Positions 25,542-41,477 of a stretch of DNA of 64,000 nt are shown in pieces. Position 1 is the stretch's first letter. Each line of letters starts with the position of its first letter. The DNA comes from Octopus vulgaris (taxonomy: Eukaryota), in contig OX597819.1 in NCBI GenBank assembly GCA_951406725.2, forward strand, positions 38,254,001-38,318,000, written 5' to 3'. A program made the translations under genes and the position numbers. A model generated the notes under the pieces. It had not been told where the DNA came from. It did not search any database and worked only from the letters and a program-made list of their open reading frames with translations.

Positions 25542-26375
25542 CATGCACATATATATACATACACATACACAAACACACATTTATTTTTTTCTATTATAAC
25601 AAGTGGCAGATGTAGTACTCACTACAGGCTGTAGAGCATAATTATATCATTTACTTGGATGATGTCTTTCCCAATTTTACTCAGCATTTCCATGTTTCTT
25701 CAGCTGACAGATTTTTGTTGCTTGAAGAGACTGGAATTATGGAAACTTCAAGCAGTGATTAAAGGCAAATCAACCAAGTAAATTCTATGACAATTTTTTT
25801 GTTCACTGTGGATATAGCTAGTGATGTCATTATTTGTGTTTGGGTTGCATCCAGTGAACCTTGTTGATATTTCCGGTTAACAAATCTTGAGGTAGTTCTG
25901 TGCTTCCAAAATTCTTCTGGAATAAAAATTCCTTACTTGAAAACAGACAGGGCTTGGTATCAGTAAGTGCATTTGTCTGCAAAAATCCTGCCTCTTTGTA
26001 CTTCTATGTAAACCATGCTAGATTGGGAAGACATATATTAAACGAATGAATGAGGTGCCTGTGTGGCTGTGTGGTAAGAAGCTTGCTTCCTGACCATATA
26101 GTTCTTGGTTTAGTCCCATTGTGTGACACCTTGGGTAAGTGTCTTCTACTATAGCCTCAGGCCGAACAAAGAAGCCTGTCATATATATAGATATATATAT
26201 ATATGAAAGGGTACCTTACAACTTCACTTTGTTATATATAACTATATATATATAGCCGAAATTTGCTATGATGATTCGGTGTCTGACTGAAGATTGAAGG
26301 CTTCGAATGATTTGTCTGTGTTCCGTGTGCGTCCCTTCCTGTATTTCACGTTCATTATATATAAAAACATTCATT

Positions 26376-28531
<2,156 letters not shown>

Positions 28532-28669
28532 AATTAAAAAGGGTAATAACATAAGTTATTATTACCAGTGGCCTAGCACAAAAGACGAATTAGTCATTAG
28601 ACATTTATCCCTCTTTGTGTTTCTAGCACTTGCTTCCTTATTTGGGAGCCTTTATTATATATATATATA

Positions 28670-28857
28670 CATACATATGCTTGATTGCTAAATCCACATG
28701 TTTTTTTAAAATTCTCTTTATGTTTATTTTCTCTTATTCCTTTTTGTTGAAGAGCATAGGCTTGAAACATAAAAGACTTCCTCACTTTCCCAAGCGTCAC
28801 ACTAATACACCTGCTTGTTATTCCTGTCTTCATCTTTTGTTTTTCTGTAAATTTCAA

Positions 28858-28860
<3 letters not shown>
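28670..28860 (+). mobile_element. Short dispersed element in a TA tract, with a hammerhead-like motif (possibly Penelope-derived)
   Basis: Homologous to the reverse complements of 47109-47310 and 47898-48065; contains GTTGAAGAGCATAGGCTTGAAACATAAAAGAC. Confidence 0.6.
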
Positions 28861-28903
<43 letters not shown>

Positions 28904-29684
28904 TATGACATGTACATATGCATATATCTATGTGTGTGTGTCTCTATATCTGCGTTTGTTTCCTTTCATTGCTTCACAAATGGTGCTGGTGTGTTTATGA
29001 CCCTGTAACTTAGTGATCCAGCAAAAGAGCTCAAAAGAGCAAGTACAGGCTTAAAAACAAATAAAAGTCCCCAGGTTGATTTATTCAACTAAAATCCTTC
29101 AAGGTGATGCCTCAGCATGGTAGCAGTCAAATAACTTAAACATGTAAAAGATAAAAGACTGAAAATTATATATATATTATTTTTTTTCCTGTATCAGAGA
29201 TGATGAATTCTCATCTGAGCATGTGGTTGGCTGCAAGTATGCACTACTGAGAATGCCTAAAATGGCCAAGATGTGCAAGAGTGCATCTTGCACTCTTGAT
29301 AGCCACTGCTGGGGCTAATTTTGATCTTTCTTTGATATTCATTATTTTCTTCACACAAGTCAATAAGTGATGTGATGTCAAGACAAATACTGCAGTAAAT
29401 GGCCTTTTAACAGTGTATGTACATTAAGTATGATACCTCAATGGATGTGTGTGTGTATAGACAGCCAATAGATACAGTTAAATCATTGACCAAATTGCTT
29501 AGTGGTAATTATTCCGGTGCTATACACCCTAGGTTTGCATCCCACAAAGATTAGATCTGAATACCTGGAGAGGGATGGATTCTGTCAGGCCTAGAAAGAT
29601 GTCCAAGACGTGTCATACGTCATGATGGTACTCCTTATGATTCTATCAAGGAGTTGAGGGCCGAAAGCAAAGAGAATCTATGTA

Positions 29685-29894
29685 TGAAGGAGTTCTGAAA
29701 AGTTCTGGATTTTAAGGGTATCATGAAAGGCATGGTTGGAGGCCCAACCTTTGGAGTTCTTTTTTAGGGCATAGAAAAACAGGACTGCTGCAATAAATGC
29801 GTGAATCTGAGAAGGGAATATATTCAATAAAATTAACTGATCCTCCTGTATTTTTTTTTTTGCCCAAAGCCAGGAACTTTTCAGCATACCCTCG
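29685..29894. mobile_element. mariner-derived MITE
   Basis: TA|TGAAGGAGTTCTGAAAAGTTCTGGA ... GCCAGGAACTTTTCAGCATACCCTCG|TA: imperfect TIRs with TA TSDs, followed by (TATG)n. Confidence 0.7.
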
Positions 29895-31032
29895 TATGTA
29901 TGTATGTATGTATGTATGTATGTATGTATGTATGTATGTATGTATGTATGTATGCATGTATGTATTTACCATTAATTATTCTTCGTTTTCTCCCATTAAC
30001 TTTTAAATTAATTTTATCTTACTCGTAGTTGGATAGGGATTTCAAGAAATGACAACAGTGAAATCTACAGTTGTTAATTTACTTTTGAAATTTTGTTATG
30101 AAAATGTCTTGAGTTTTAATTATAAGAGAAATTCTGCCTTATAATTGAAATGTTGCTAAGTGAAATGCTTGCTATTAATTAAAGCAGCTGTTACTTTAGA
30201 ACTTTACTGATTTTGAATATTAAAGCCTATGTAATTAATGTAAAATAATAGATTAGACACTGATTACAAATATGATAGGGTCCTACATATGTAATACAGT
30301 GAGCTGAACAACTTTGATCAGTTGAGATTATCCAAGCAATTAATAGACAAAACTCCTTTTGGTAAATGAAGTGGAAAATGTAAAAGCAGGAAGCAAGGGA
30401 GGTAACTCCAGTCAGTAGATTTATGTGTGTTGGGTAAGGCTTTTAACTCTTGTTACGGATATAGATTACAGACCTGTCCATGATAACCATCCAACCTCGA
30501 TTTTTAACCTAGCCCCCACCAAATCTGGTTGCTCCCATGGAAAAAACTGCTGATGCTGCTATGTTAATTCTCCACTGAATATTGACTGAACAACTAATCT
30601 GCAACAATATCCCATCCTACCATGTGTGCTCTCAAATGCAATGAACTGATGTTGCTAAATACACCATGCTGCAGCTTGCAGATATTGTGCATGGTATTGT
30701 GGCTTGGTATTGCAGTGTTTCCAGGATTTAGCCCAAGTGTCTTCTACTATAGCCTTGGGCCGACCAAAGCTTTGTGAGTGGATTTGGTAGACGGAAACAT
30801 CTTGACCAAGCATAGGGACCTAAGAATAGAGAGAAGAACTGATGTTGACCAATAACATCATGTAACCTGAGTTGACCAGTAGAGAGGTCTAACAGCTAGA
30901 AGACATCTTGAATTTGATGAGACAGGTTCGACCTATGAACCTACAAATCTTTAAATCATATGGAGCTGAGTCAAACTGCTATTAAATAATATTTATAACT
31001 CCTACTAAATCTATTGAGTATAATTTTCTTTT

Positions 31033-31211
31033 ATTTGCCTATCCAGCCCTTTGGCTAAGATCAAACTGTAGTATCTGTTCTTATCTGATACGGTTCCTAT
31101 TTGAGGCCATCGATATTAAACTGATTTTTAGAATGAGCCGAAGTGTTAGGGGCTTGCTCTGCCTTTGCCACAGGTTGGCCTGGTATTGCAGTGTTTCCAG
31201 GATTTAGCCCA
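31033..31211 (+). pseudogene. U2 snRNA pseudogene
   Basis: GCCCTTTGGCTAAGATCAAACTGTAGTATCTGTTCTTATC..TGATACG, Sm-like ATTTTTAG, GGGGCTTGCTC and 3' stem CCTGGTATTGCAGTGTTTCCAGG match U2. About 11 nt of stem-loop IIa is deleted at a TATC microhomology and the 5' end is decayed. Confidence 0.9.
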
Positions 31212-31218
31212 TTTTCTT

Positions 31219-31382
31219 GGTGTAGGAGTGGTTGTGTGGTTAGTAGCTTGCTTACCAACCACATGGTTCCGGGTTATGTTCCACTGCATGGTACCTTGGG
31301 CAAGTGTCTTCTACTATAGCCTTGGGCCGACCAAAGCTTTGTGAGTGGATTTGGTAGATGGAAACTGAAAGAAGCCTGTTGC

Positions 31383-31414
<32 letters not shown>

Positions 31415-31620
31415 ATATGTTTGTGTCTGTATTTGTCTCCCCAACATCGCTTGACAACCGATGGTGGTGTGTTTATGTCCCCGTAACTTAGCGGTTCGGC
31501 AAAAGAAACCGATAGAATATGTACTAGGCTTACAAAGAATAAGCCTTGGGTCCGATTTGCTCGACCAAAGGCATTACTCCAGCATGGCCGCAGTCAAATG
31601 ACTGAAACAAGTAAAAGAGT
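31219..31620 (+). mobile_element. Full-length SINE family A copy immediately 3' of the U2 pseudogene
   Basis: GGTGTAGGAGTGGTTGTGTGGTTAGTAGCTTGC ... GAAACAAGTAAAAGAG. Confidence 0.9.
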
Positions 31621-32879
31621 ATATATTTATGATGAGTTTCGTTTCTCTTTGTTCAACTCAAAACCATGTGGTTGCAACGTGAACTTCTTTATCACACAGC
31701 CATATCTGTGCCTTAGTATATGCATGTACATGTGCATGCAAACACAAACACAGTATAGGGTTGATGATTGTGACTATCAATAATATAGCTGATGGGGAAA
31801 ATACTTCAGGAGAGCATTCTGAATAACTAAATACGAATATAGTAGAGTCTCACATACATGTTTTGAAAAACTGAGAGAAACCACTCAATTAGTAGGAAAA
31901 ATCTCCCACAGTTACACCAGGGCACTGACATACCAATGTAAATATCACAAGATACTAGTTGATAAGAAAATAATGAAGACAGTGACTTTCTTAAAATGTA
32001 AACAGGGAAGTTTAGTAACCTTTTTATATTTCAGACATAAAGATCTATCATCAGAAGTGAACAGAGTAAATAAATGTGAATCTTTGCAGATTCGGCCATT
32101 TCTTTATATCTTATGATGGGTCTTTGTGTCTGAACTATATAAAGGTTACCATACTTTTCCTTTTTGTATTGTAAGAAGCTCTCCATCTTCATTACTTTGT
32201 TATTTCACTTTTGTATCAGAAAAATTCAGGCAAACTAAAACGCTCTTGACTTATTAGTCTTGCCCTTTAATCATTTTAAGCATTTAGACTTGACTATAAA
32301 TATCAGAGGATACTAAAAATCAAATAACTCCTTATCTATGACTTTCATTCATCTCTAAGCATCAAATCTTTGGTGTAAGTAGTGTAAGTACCAGGAGACA
32401 CTGAAAGTCACACAAGTTCTTATCTGTGCCTTTCATTTATCTCTGAGCATTTAGTTGCTTCTTTGTATGCATAACTTATTAAAACTTATAACAGTGATAA
32501 AATTAACAGTACAGTGCAATTTTATTATTCATTATCTTCTTTCAAGTTAAGGCAACAGACTGACAAAATTGTTAGAGAATACAGAATATGCCTAAGAGTA
32601 TTAGTTCCAACTATTTGCGTTCTGTGTTCAAATCCTGCTTTCGTCCTTTTTGAGACACAAGTCAAGTATTAGGATCAATGTAATTGACTAACACCAACTA
32701 CTAGAATTAATAGCCTTGTGCCAAAATTAGAAACAATTATCTCCTTTCAAGTTAGCTTTAGTGCTTCTTTCAAGATTGTCTCTGGTCTCTTATTAACAAT
32801 ATACATTCTACGGCTAATTACCATCATCCATTTTTCCTACATAACCAAGCTTCCTTACTTTTGGCAGACCCAGTGAGGA

Positions 32880-33092
32880 AGGATCCTTTCTGCAGTTGTT
32901 TGACCAAATAGTAAACACAACCAAATCTTCCTCAAATCATATCCTGCTATCTTAAAAGAGAAAAAATACATTAGATAATGTAGTTCTATAAATAAAAAAA
33001 AAACTGGATCATCATGGCATCAGGGCTGGAATGTTTTTGATTATAGGTCTGCTTAGTCTGGGATGATCATAAGACAAACAACAACAACAACT
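32880..33092 (+). repeat. Old dispersed repeat with (CAA)n tail
   Basis: GAAATAGCAACCAAATCT..GATAATGTA..GGAATG..TTTGAT..CTAAACAACAAC-like segments recur at 36325-36545, 59850-60020, 61070-61200 and 57760-57970 (minus). Confidence 0.5.
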
Positions 33093-35194
33093 ACCTTAGT
33101 TTTGGCTGCCTTTATATCACATTGTTGAATAATATCCATGTTTTTTTAATATAATTTTTAATGATCATTATTTAGAGAAATTTTTCATCACTTTTAAAAC
33201 TAAATATTCACATAGATTCAGTTTTGTTCTCAAGAGATTTGGAGGAATTAACAGAAATTCTTACCAAGAAGGCAACAAAATGGTAGAGTTGTTAAAACAT
33301 TGAATAGAATACCTTACTGGATTTGAACTCAGAGTATAATAAACTGGAGCAAATTCAGCAAAGCATTCTATTCAATTTGCTCCAGTTTACTATGCTCTGA
33401 GTTCAAATCTCACAAAGTTTGACTTTGACCTTCAACCTTTTGTGGTCAGCAAATAAAGTACCAGCACACATCAGTAATTTAATGGAATTATTAAGTGTAA
33501 GACTGAATGCTTTGCAGTGTTTGTTCTGGTGATCACTTGCTTCCTCCTCCTGGGAAACAGAATCCTTGGGACCTAGTTAATCCTGTGACTATTCAAGATG
33601 TTTCAAGAATTTGTAATTTATATTTGTTTGCTACCAAATCAAAGTGCAAGTATTATGATAGCTGTGTGTATGTATTGTTCTAAGTTTGAGTTTGTTTGTT
33701 TAGCAGACTGTGGCAAATGTAGTAAGGAGCTTAAGAAACATCTAGCCACTGCACATCCAACAGACTGTACTCTTTTCATTTATCTCTCGTATCCACAAAT
33801 CTTTTTTATTTTTCACTCATGTTTCAAACATTAAAGGACATCACATTTCTTAATGATATCTGATAATGGAGTGTTGAGAGAAACACAAAAGATACAAATA
33901 AAGAACAGAAAACTCATATTTTGCTGCAAGATTAAACCAATTTCCAGAATAAATTTGTGTTTTTTTTCCTTATATATGCTTTTATTACAGTACTAGTTTT
34001 ATCATCCATGTTGTATTTGAGATATCAAATCACATGCTTTCATGTACAATCAGCCAATATCACACAATCATGAATCTGAAAATTTCAATTACAATTTTAT
34101 ATTGAAAACACCTAAAAGCTAAACAATACTGATTGGAATTTATTTGCTTGCGGTTTCTAAAATGATTTTGTTTGTCATTATACAGAGGAAATAAAGTTTT
34201 ATTTGTAACATATCAGTTTTATAATAGTTAACAATAGGTTGGTTCTGTTTATTATCAGGTATCATAATCTCAATTATAACATTAAATAGAACTATGCCTA
34301 AACAATTTTTGTCTTATTCTAAAACTATCAATAGTTTTCTTTTTGTAGTACTTTCCTGAAAACATTTACTATCTTTTTGTCATTGTTTCATATTTTATTT
34401 ACTCTTAATTTGTATAACATAGCTGGATCAGAATCAATTGATTTTTATCTAATATTATAGAGTTATTATATTTCATTATTCATCAGATATAATCAGATAA
34501 ATTAAAACTCCCTTCAATTTCACAAATATTAATGTGAAATGTAACAAACGATAAGTATCTGATAAAAAAAAAATACTTTGAAATATATGTATACAGATAA
34601 TATATATCCTCCATAGCAAAATCTAGAAGTCATTTGAGCTATTTATGAAACTAGAATAAACAAACAAATATTAAAATAAATATTAAAACAAAGGTCAACT
34701 CAAGAAAATGACGAGTTCCTGAACATAATAGGTCGTAAGAATGGCATATGAAGGTTAGCTTCATGAAATGCATCTTGTGTACGTTGACCTGGGGAAGCCC
34801 AACTTTTGTTTCTGTGTTTGCTATTCAGTAACCACAAAAGAAAATATCTCAAGATCTCATAAGACACATCATCATCATTATTATGCTTGTTTTCTCTGAT
34901 GGGATGGGTTGTGTGGGTATCACAGTCTCTTCTCACTTGTTGCAGTCCTTCATGATTTTGGTAGAGATCGTAGTGGAGAAAATTTTCAGTTTTTGGTTAT
35001 GTCACGTTTTTTGACATATTTTTATAGCTGGATTTTTATCACCAACTACTTAATATAGGCTAAAATCCTTAAATCTAACAATCTTACGACTTGATAATTG
35101 TTGGGCCATGGATAAAAGCCAGAAAACAGTTTATAACTTCCTATGTAAATAGGAGCTACTCTTAGAGGTTAATTTCCATCTCATTGCTATTTCA

Positions 35195-35737
35195 ACATCA
35201 TCATCATCATCATCATCGTTTAACGTCTGTTTTCCATGCTAGCATGGGTTGGACGGATCGACCGGGGTCTGGAAAGCCAGGAGGCTGCACCAGGCTCCAG
35301 TCTGATCTGGCAGTGTTTCTACAGCTAGATGCCCTTCCTAACGCCAACCACTCTGTGAGTGTAGTGGGTGCTTTTTACATGCCACCAGCACAGAAGCCAG
35401 TCAAGGTGGCACTGGCATCAGCCACGTTCAGATGGTGCTTTTTATGTGCCACCGGCACGGGTGTCACAACTACAATTTCCATTTGATTTTTATTTTGATG
35501 ATGTACTTGACTCAATAGGTCTCCTCAATCACAGCAGTTCACCCTACAATCCAAGGTAAGCACAGCAGGCCGTCCTGTGATCCAAGGTACTTTGGATGGG
35601 CTAGGGCTGCTATGTGAAGCTGGTGCAGGAAACAGCCATGAACTCATGTTATTTGTTGGGTCTTCGCAGTCACAGCATATCTCCAGAGGTCTCGGTCTTT
35701 CGTCATTGCCTCTGTGAGGCCCAGCGTTCGAAGGTCA
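35195..35737 (-). mobile_element. 5'-truncated RTE LINE 3' end
   Basis: (CAT)nCGTTTAACGTC..CCATGCTAGCATGGG tail. The minus strand ends the ORF with DLRTLGLTEAMTKDRDLWRYAVTAKTQQIT*, paralogous to 6230-6315. Confidence 0.85.
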
Positions 35738-37476
35738 CTGACGTCTTATCAAAGCTAGAACAAGGTTGAAACAGGAAATAATGCATCTGATAATGCTTTC
35801 AAAAATTCAAACAGTGCTAATCCATGCAAATTGCTGGACCATGGAGTGCCAAACTGAAGAGGTTCAGCCTATGGCATATAGACTAGGTGTATTTTATGCT
35901 ACCAATATTTGAGAGATGATTGTCCTTGAGTGGCAAGATAAAGAGATCTCTTTACTCTTTAGAATTTTTGTTCAAAGTTACTGCTCTCCTAGATGGGATG
36001 ATTGTGTTATTGCTTATGGAGTCCCTAATACTATTTATTTCAAGTGAATGCATTCATGTTGATAAATTGCAATGTGTTATTGAAGCACTACTAGATTAAG
36101 ATGAGACACAAAGTGATTTCTAAAGAGACAAGTTCCTGAATTAACTCAAAAGTGTGTATAACAGGAAATCAGATAATCTCAAATAGACAAACTGAAGGAT
36201 TTCCACAAAGAGTATATTATGCACATATTAGAAATAATATGCACAATTTAATTTAATTGTCCCCATTTCTGGTATGATTCATAGCTGCATATGAAAGACA
36301 TGAAATTCAAACCAGCATTAGAGTGTCTATATGGTTGCTTGACTTTCTTGAAATAACAGCTAAATCCCTCTTGAGTCACACTTTATAATCACAAATGAAA
36401 AAAACAAAGACACATCGGATAATGTAATCCTTGATACACAATGTTTGAATCAGAGACAGAGTGATCACAGTTGGAGCACCTTTGACTGCTTGATCAGAGC
36501 TGATCAAATCCAACCTGAAATTAAACAACTGCAACAACAACAATAGGATATCAGAACCAAATATATGACAACATAAAATTAGAAAGTTCAGACATTGATT
36601 AGCACTATGAAAAGTATTTTTAAAAGTGTTTAAACTGATGTATTGAAAGGGTGCCAATCAAATATTTACAGGAATAAAATATAAATCTTATCAAATATAG
36701 TTTAAAATTATCTTTTCCATATGTTTGAACTGTTATTTTTCTTCTGGTTTGAACAAGTTTGCTTTCATTAGCAGGGCTAGTCAGGCCATTAGCCAAATTC
36801 ATTTTATGAATTGTACTATGACAATTTGGCAAGGATAGCCAGGCAAGAATTCTCTGCCAGATGATTTCAATAAAAGTGGTAGATGCCTGATGCAATTTTT
36901 TCTTCTGCATTAATATTTCATATTCTTGAAGTATTCCAGTCAGTGACCATGCTTTTGAAGATTAGTGAAGTAAAAGATCCCTTATTTTTAATCTTTTACA
37001 GTTATTGGACTGGGGCTATGCTGGAGCACTGCCTTGAAGGATTTTAATCGAACAAATCAACCCCAGTACTCATTTTAAAGTCTAGTATTTATTCTATGTG
37101 TCTTTTTTGTTGAATTGCTAAGTTATAAGGACATAAATAAACCAACACTAGCTGTCAAGTTGTGGTGGGGGAGAAATACAACACAAACACAAGGACACAC
37201 AGACATAGGTACATGTACATAGATACACACACACACACTCTCACTCATCTATACAGGCTTACTCATAAGAAGATACTTGCTCAAGGTGTACTGCAATGAG
37301 AATGAACCTGGAACTTAATAAATGTGAAACAAACTTCTTAATTACAGTTTGAGAATAGCTTCCTCATTCTCTCCACCAATTTGAGAGGCCCTATAAAGAG
37401 TCATGTGATTTTTCCTCCCTCCTCACTAAGAAATTTTTTTTAATATGTTTAAATTTTAAGTAAACCATGTCAGAGT

Positions 37477-37725
37477 AGAGGCACATGGCTTAGTGGTTAG
37501 GGTGTTGAACTCATGATCATAAGGTTGGGGATTTGATTCCTGTACCAGGTGCTTGCATTGTCTCCTTGAGCATTGTCTTCATTTCACATTGCTCCAGTTG
37601 ACTCAGCTGGCAAAAAATTAGGAATCCTGTGATGGACTAGTGTCCCATCCAGGTGGGAAATATACACACCACAGAAACTGGGAAACCAGCCCTTTGAGTC
37701 TATATGACTCAAGAAGGATTTTTAT
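37477..37725 (+). mobile_element. tRNA-derived SINE (family B-like head)
   Basis: GGCACATGGCTTAGTGGTTAGGGTG..TTTGATTCC..CCTTGAGCA..CACATTGCTCCAGTTGACTCAGCTG. Confidence 0.7.
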
Positions 37726-39845
37726 TCTTTATTATGTCAGAAAACATTGTCATTATTATAAAATTCCTTTATGATATACCACTAATTTATTGCCTTTTTT
37801 TTGGTGGGCTGCTTCTGTTATAGTTATTTAAAATAATATCATAATTGATTTTTAATAGAAGAGCATTGAAGTGAATTCTCAGAAACTAATTTCACTTATG
37901 ATAAGCTTTGTGATAGATAAGGTAAATGTCAAATTTCTCTTATACTGATTAATATTTCATTTCTGAAGTGAAACCAAGTGAGTCAAGGAATTTCTATGAA
38001 GTCTAAAGTCATTTTAATTTTGGTTTAATAGATTACTTTGATATCATTTGAAGTGACCAAGTACCAGCAGATAGATATCTGCCTAATGTCCTTTACCTTC
38101 ATAAATGCAGCAGCATTTTTCATTCTTTCAAACCCTTATAGATCAAAGAATAGATCAAAGTTAACAGGGAATTTATTGATTACATCCTTTAAATCAAATT
38201 CAATATCAGTGATTGCTTGGAAATTATCTATAAGAGAGTATCTTCTGCAATTGAATAAGGGTCATTGAAAACTTTAGATAATTGCTTCATTAGTCTAAGA
38301 TATAAGTGAAAAATGCTTCTTTCTTTGTTTGCTCTTAAGCTCTCAAACTAACAATTACTGGACAGCCCCCATCCCACACAAGAACAATATTATGGAAATT
38401 GTTAACCCTTGCCACTTCTTTATTAATAAGAAGACAACATGAAATTTGCGTTCGTATAATTCAACTTTCTTCACTATGATATAGGATAGGTTTAAAAGTT
38501 TTAAATCATCTTCAGTGTATTCATTTGCTCATTTTTTCCAAGCAATTATGGATTGGATGGGGATGTATTTGAGGCAGCATTCTACAGTCAAGTGCCTTTC
38601 TTGTCATCAATATTTAGTTGTTTTCCAAGTATAGGCAGAAGCGTAGCTGTGTGGGTAAGAAGCTCCCTTCCCAACTAGTCAGTTTGTATTTATTCTTGGA
38701 TAATAGTCCTAATCCATCCATTGACTAGTTTAACCTCACAACTGCTATTTGGATACCTCTTTGTTTAACAAAGTCCTTGATTTGGGTTGATTCAGTAGAA
38801 AGCAGCACATCTCTTCCTGGACCATGGAATGAGGAGAGATGTACTTCTTAAAAGTCACATATGCTGCCCTTCATTCTCTAGTTAAGCTATAAAAACAAAG
38901 CAAAAAAGGTGATGTTATAGTTAATGTAATATTTTGTTCTTGGATAGTAATCTGGTGAATTGTGTTTTTTCTAAAGTTTTTTTGAAGAAGTTAATGTGAT
39001 TTGTTAAGAAGTTTATGGAATGAAGGAATTGATTAAAATGAACATTTGATGTATTCTTCAAAGTGAGCTAAATGAAAGACTCAAACCTCAATCAGCCTTA
39101 AATAGTACATATTTATAAATAAAAAAATGTGTCTATTTAAAAATATTTTACTCATCAAACATTTTTAAAAAAGAAAAAAGCAAAAACATCCTTATTAACC
39201 TGGCTTCTAATATTTGTTACAAAACAATTTTTCTGTGTGACCAATTAAATCACTATTTAAAATTGCTAATTGCTATTATCTAAGATATTTAAGTTAATAA
39301 TTATTTTGGACAATTTTAATTTATAATTTTGAAATCATGATCACAGCACAGTGAAATTAGAGGGGAGGTATGCTATTTCTAGATGGTAAAAATATAAATT
39401 TCTCTTGTTGCTCACTATTAATAATTATAGATATAACAATCAGAAAGTCAAAGTATAGGTGGTAGTTGGTTCTGCAACTTCAGTTAGCTAATTAGAGAAT
39501 TTATTTTATTTTGATTCTATCAAGTTTCTTTAAAATTATAATAATTACCTTTGATATTAATTATTTTTGTGGCAAGTTTGATTGAGTAGAGATAATCTAG
39601 TGACTGGAGAATTTTGACCTAATTTTGATTATTGGTTATTGCCATTTAGCTTCTCTTGGATCATTAAATGCCATTGAAAAAAGGTATTAATGTCATACAA
39701 GATTTCTTTTTTTTTTTACATATTTTTAGTGGTTTCCTTCATTGGACTGTGGCTATGTCAAACTGCTGTCTTATGAAGATTTAGTCAATCATATTGATCT
39801 CAGTACTTATTTCAGTTTGTTACTTATTTTATTGATCACTACAAG

Positions 39846-39881
<36 letters not shown>

Positions 39882-40886
39882 TGTATGTATGTATGTTTGT
39901 ATGTATGTATGTATGTACGTATGTACGTACGTACGTACGTATGTATGTATGTATCTTCTATATCATCATCTTCCTTTTAATGTCTACTTTTCCATGCTTG
40001 CATGTATTAGATGGATGAGGGCTTCTGCAAATTTTCTATCTGCCAAACTTCACCAACGTGATATTGGTGAACTAAGAGGTTATAGTTTAAGATACTTGCC
40101 CAAGGTTCCACACACAGGGATCAAATACTGAACAACATGTTTGTAAAGTAAATTTATCAGCTACATAACCACACCTGCTTCTGTAAATATAAACCTTGCA
40201 ACTATGTAGAAAACTATATTAATTTTTTTTATATACATTGCGAGAGGTTAAAGAATTTCACCATAAACATTTAGTTCAAGTTACCCTTTATCCTATAGCT
40301 AAGCCATAAAAAAACAAAAACAATAAAAGTAGTGGCATGCATAGTTTATCTGATATTTTATTCTTTTAAAAATACATAGGACTTCTATTGGTCAATGTTA
40401 ACCATGCATCTGCACATGCATGTATAGGCCTATACAAGTATTTTTAGGAAAACTAGCAGTGGCCCATGCATACAAAGCTCCATTGTCCATGTCACCAATG
40501 TTTATCCCAGAGAAAGGTTGTTAACTTGGATTAATACAGTTTGGTTCCAATGTCATCACAGTGTTGTTATCAGAACACAAAAGCTGAAACATCTACTGCA
40601 AGATACCAATCCACTGCCCTAGATTGGCACTTTTTTTTATCAACCAACCTCGAAAGGATGAAGAACAAAGTTTGACCTTGGCATGATTTGAAATCAGTTT
40701 ACTCTTTCAATTCATTGCCTTTTTGAAATATTGTAATTTCAACAATTCCATATTTTTGATTTTGTCTATATAAAAATAGATGTAATATTTTATTTTATTT
40801 TTTCCGTAGTATGCTACTTAGTAGCTCCAGTTCTTTGTGGCTACTGGAATTGTTGAGTATTCTTTCTTTTTTTCTTTTTCTTTTTC

Positions 40887-41266
40887 CTTGTTTCAGTCAT
40901 TTGACTGTGGCCATGCTGGAGCACCGCCTTTAGTCGAGCAAATCAACCCCGGGACTTATTCTTTGTAAGCCCAGTACTTATTCTATCGGTCTCTTTTGTC
41001 GAACCGCTAAGTGACGGGGATGTAAACATACCAGCATCGGTTGTCAAGCAATGCTAGGGGACAAACACAGACATACAAACATACACATATATATACATAT
41101 ATACGACAGGCTTCTTTCAGTTTCCGTCTACCAAATCCACTCACAAGGCATTGGTCAGCCTGGGGCTATAGCAGAAGACACTTGCCCAAAATGCCACGCA
41201 GTGGGACTGAACCCGGAACCATGTGGTTGGTTAGCAAGCTACTTACCACACAGCCACTCCTGCGTC
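40887..41266 (-). mobile_element. Full-length SINE family A copy ~210 bp upstream of the first exon
   Basis: Close match to 1992-2403. Confidence 0.9.
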
Positions 41267-41477
41267 TATATATAAACAAATTGGCTGCTTGTTTCTCTGG
41301 GATTGGCCAAATTGATGTAAATACCACTGATGAGAGTCCAAAAAGGTTTCAAAATCAGTTAAGACTGTTCATATTTTTTTTTCAGTCTATGGAGAAATAG
41401 CTAAATTAGTTCTGCTTTTATATCTACCACCTTGGTTGAATGAATGTATTTGTAATATTGGAATTTTACTTTTACAG

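Noticed and set aside
26280-26320. CTGAAGATTGAAGGCTTCGAATG as another hammerhead
   Set aside because: Lacks GAAA and convincing stems I and III.
31033-31211. Functional U2 snRNA gene
   Set aside because: Stem-loop IIa is deleted, the 5' end is degraded, the Sm site is altered and no promoter element is recognisable.
38140-38160. Tandem AGATCAAAG (TCF/LEF-like) sites
   Set aside because: Explicable as a 12-bp tandem duplication; no conservation data to support an enhancer.
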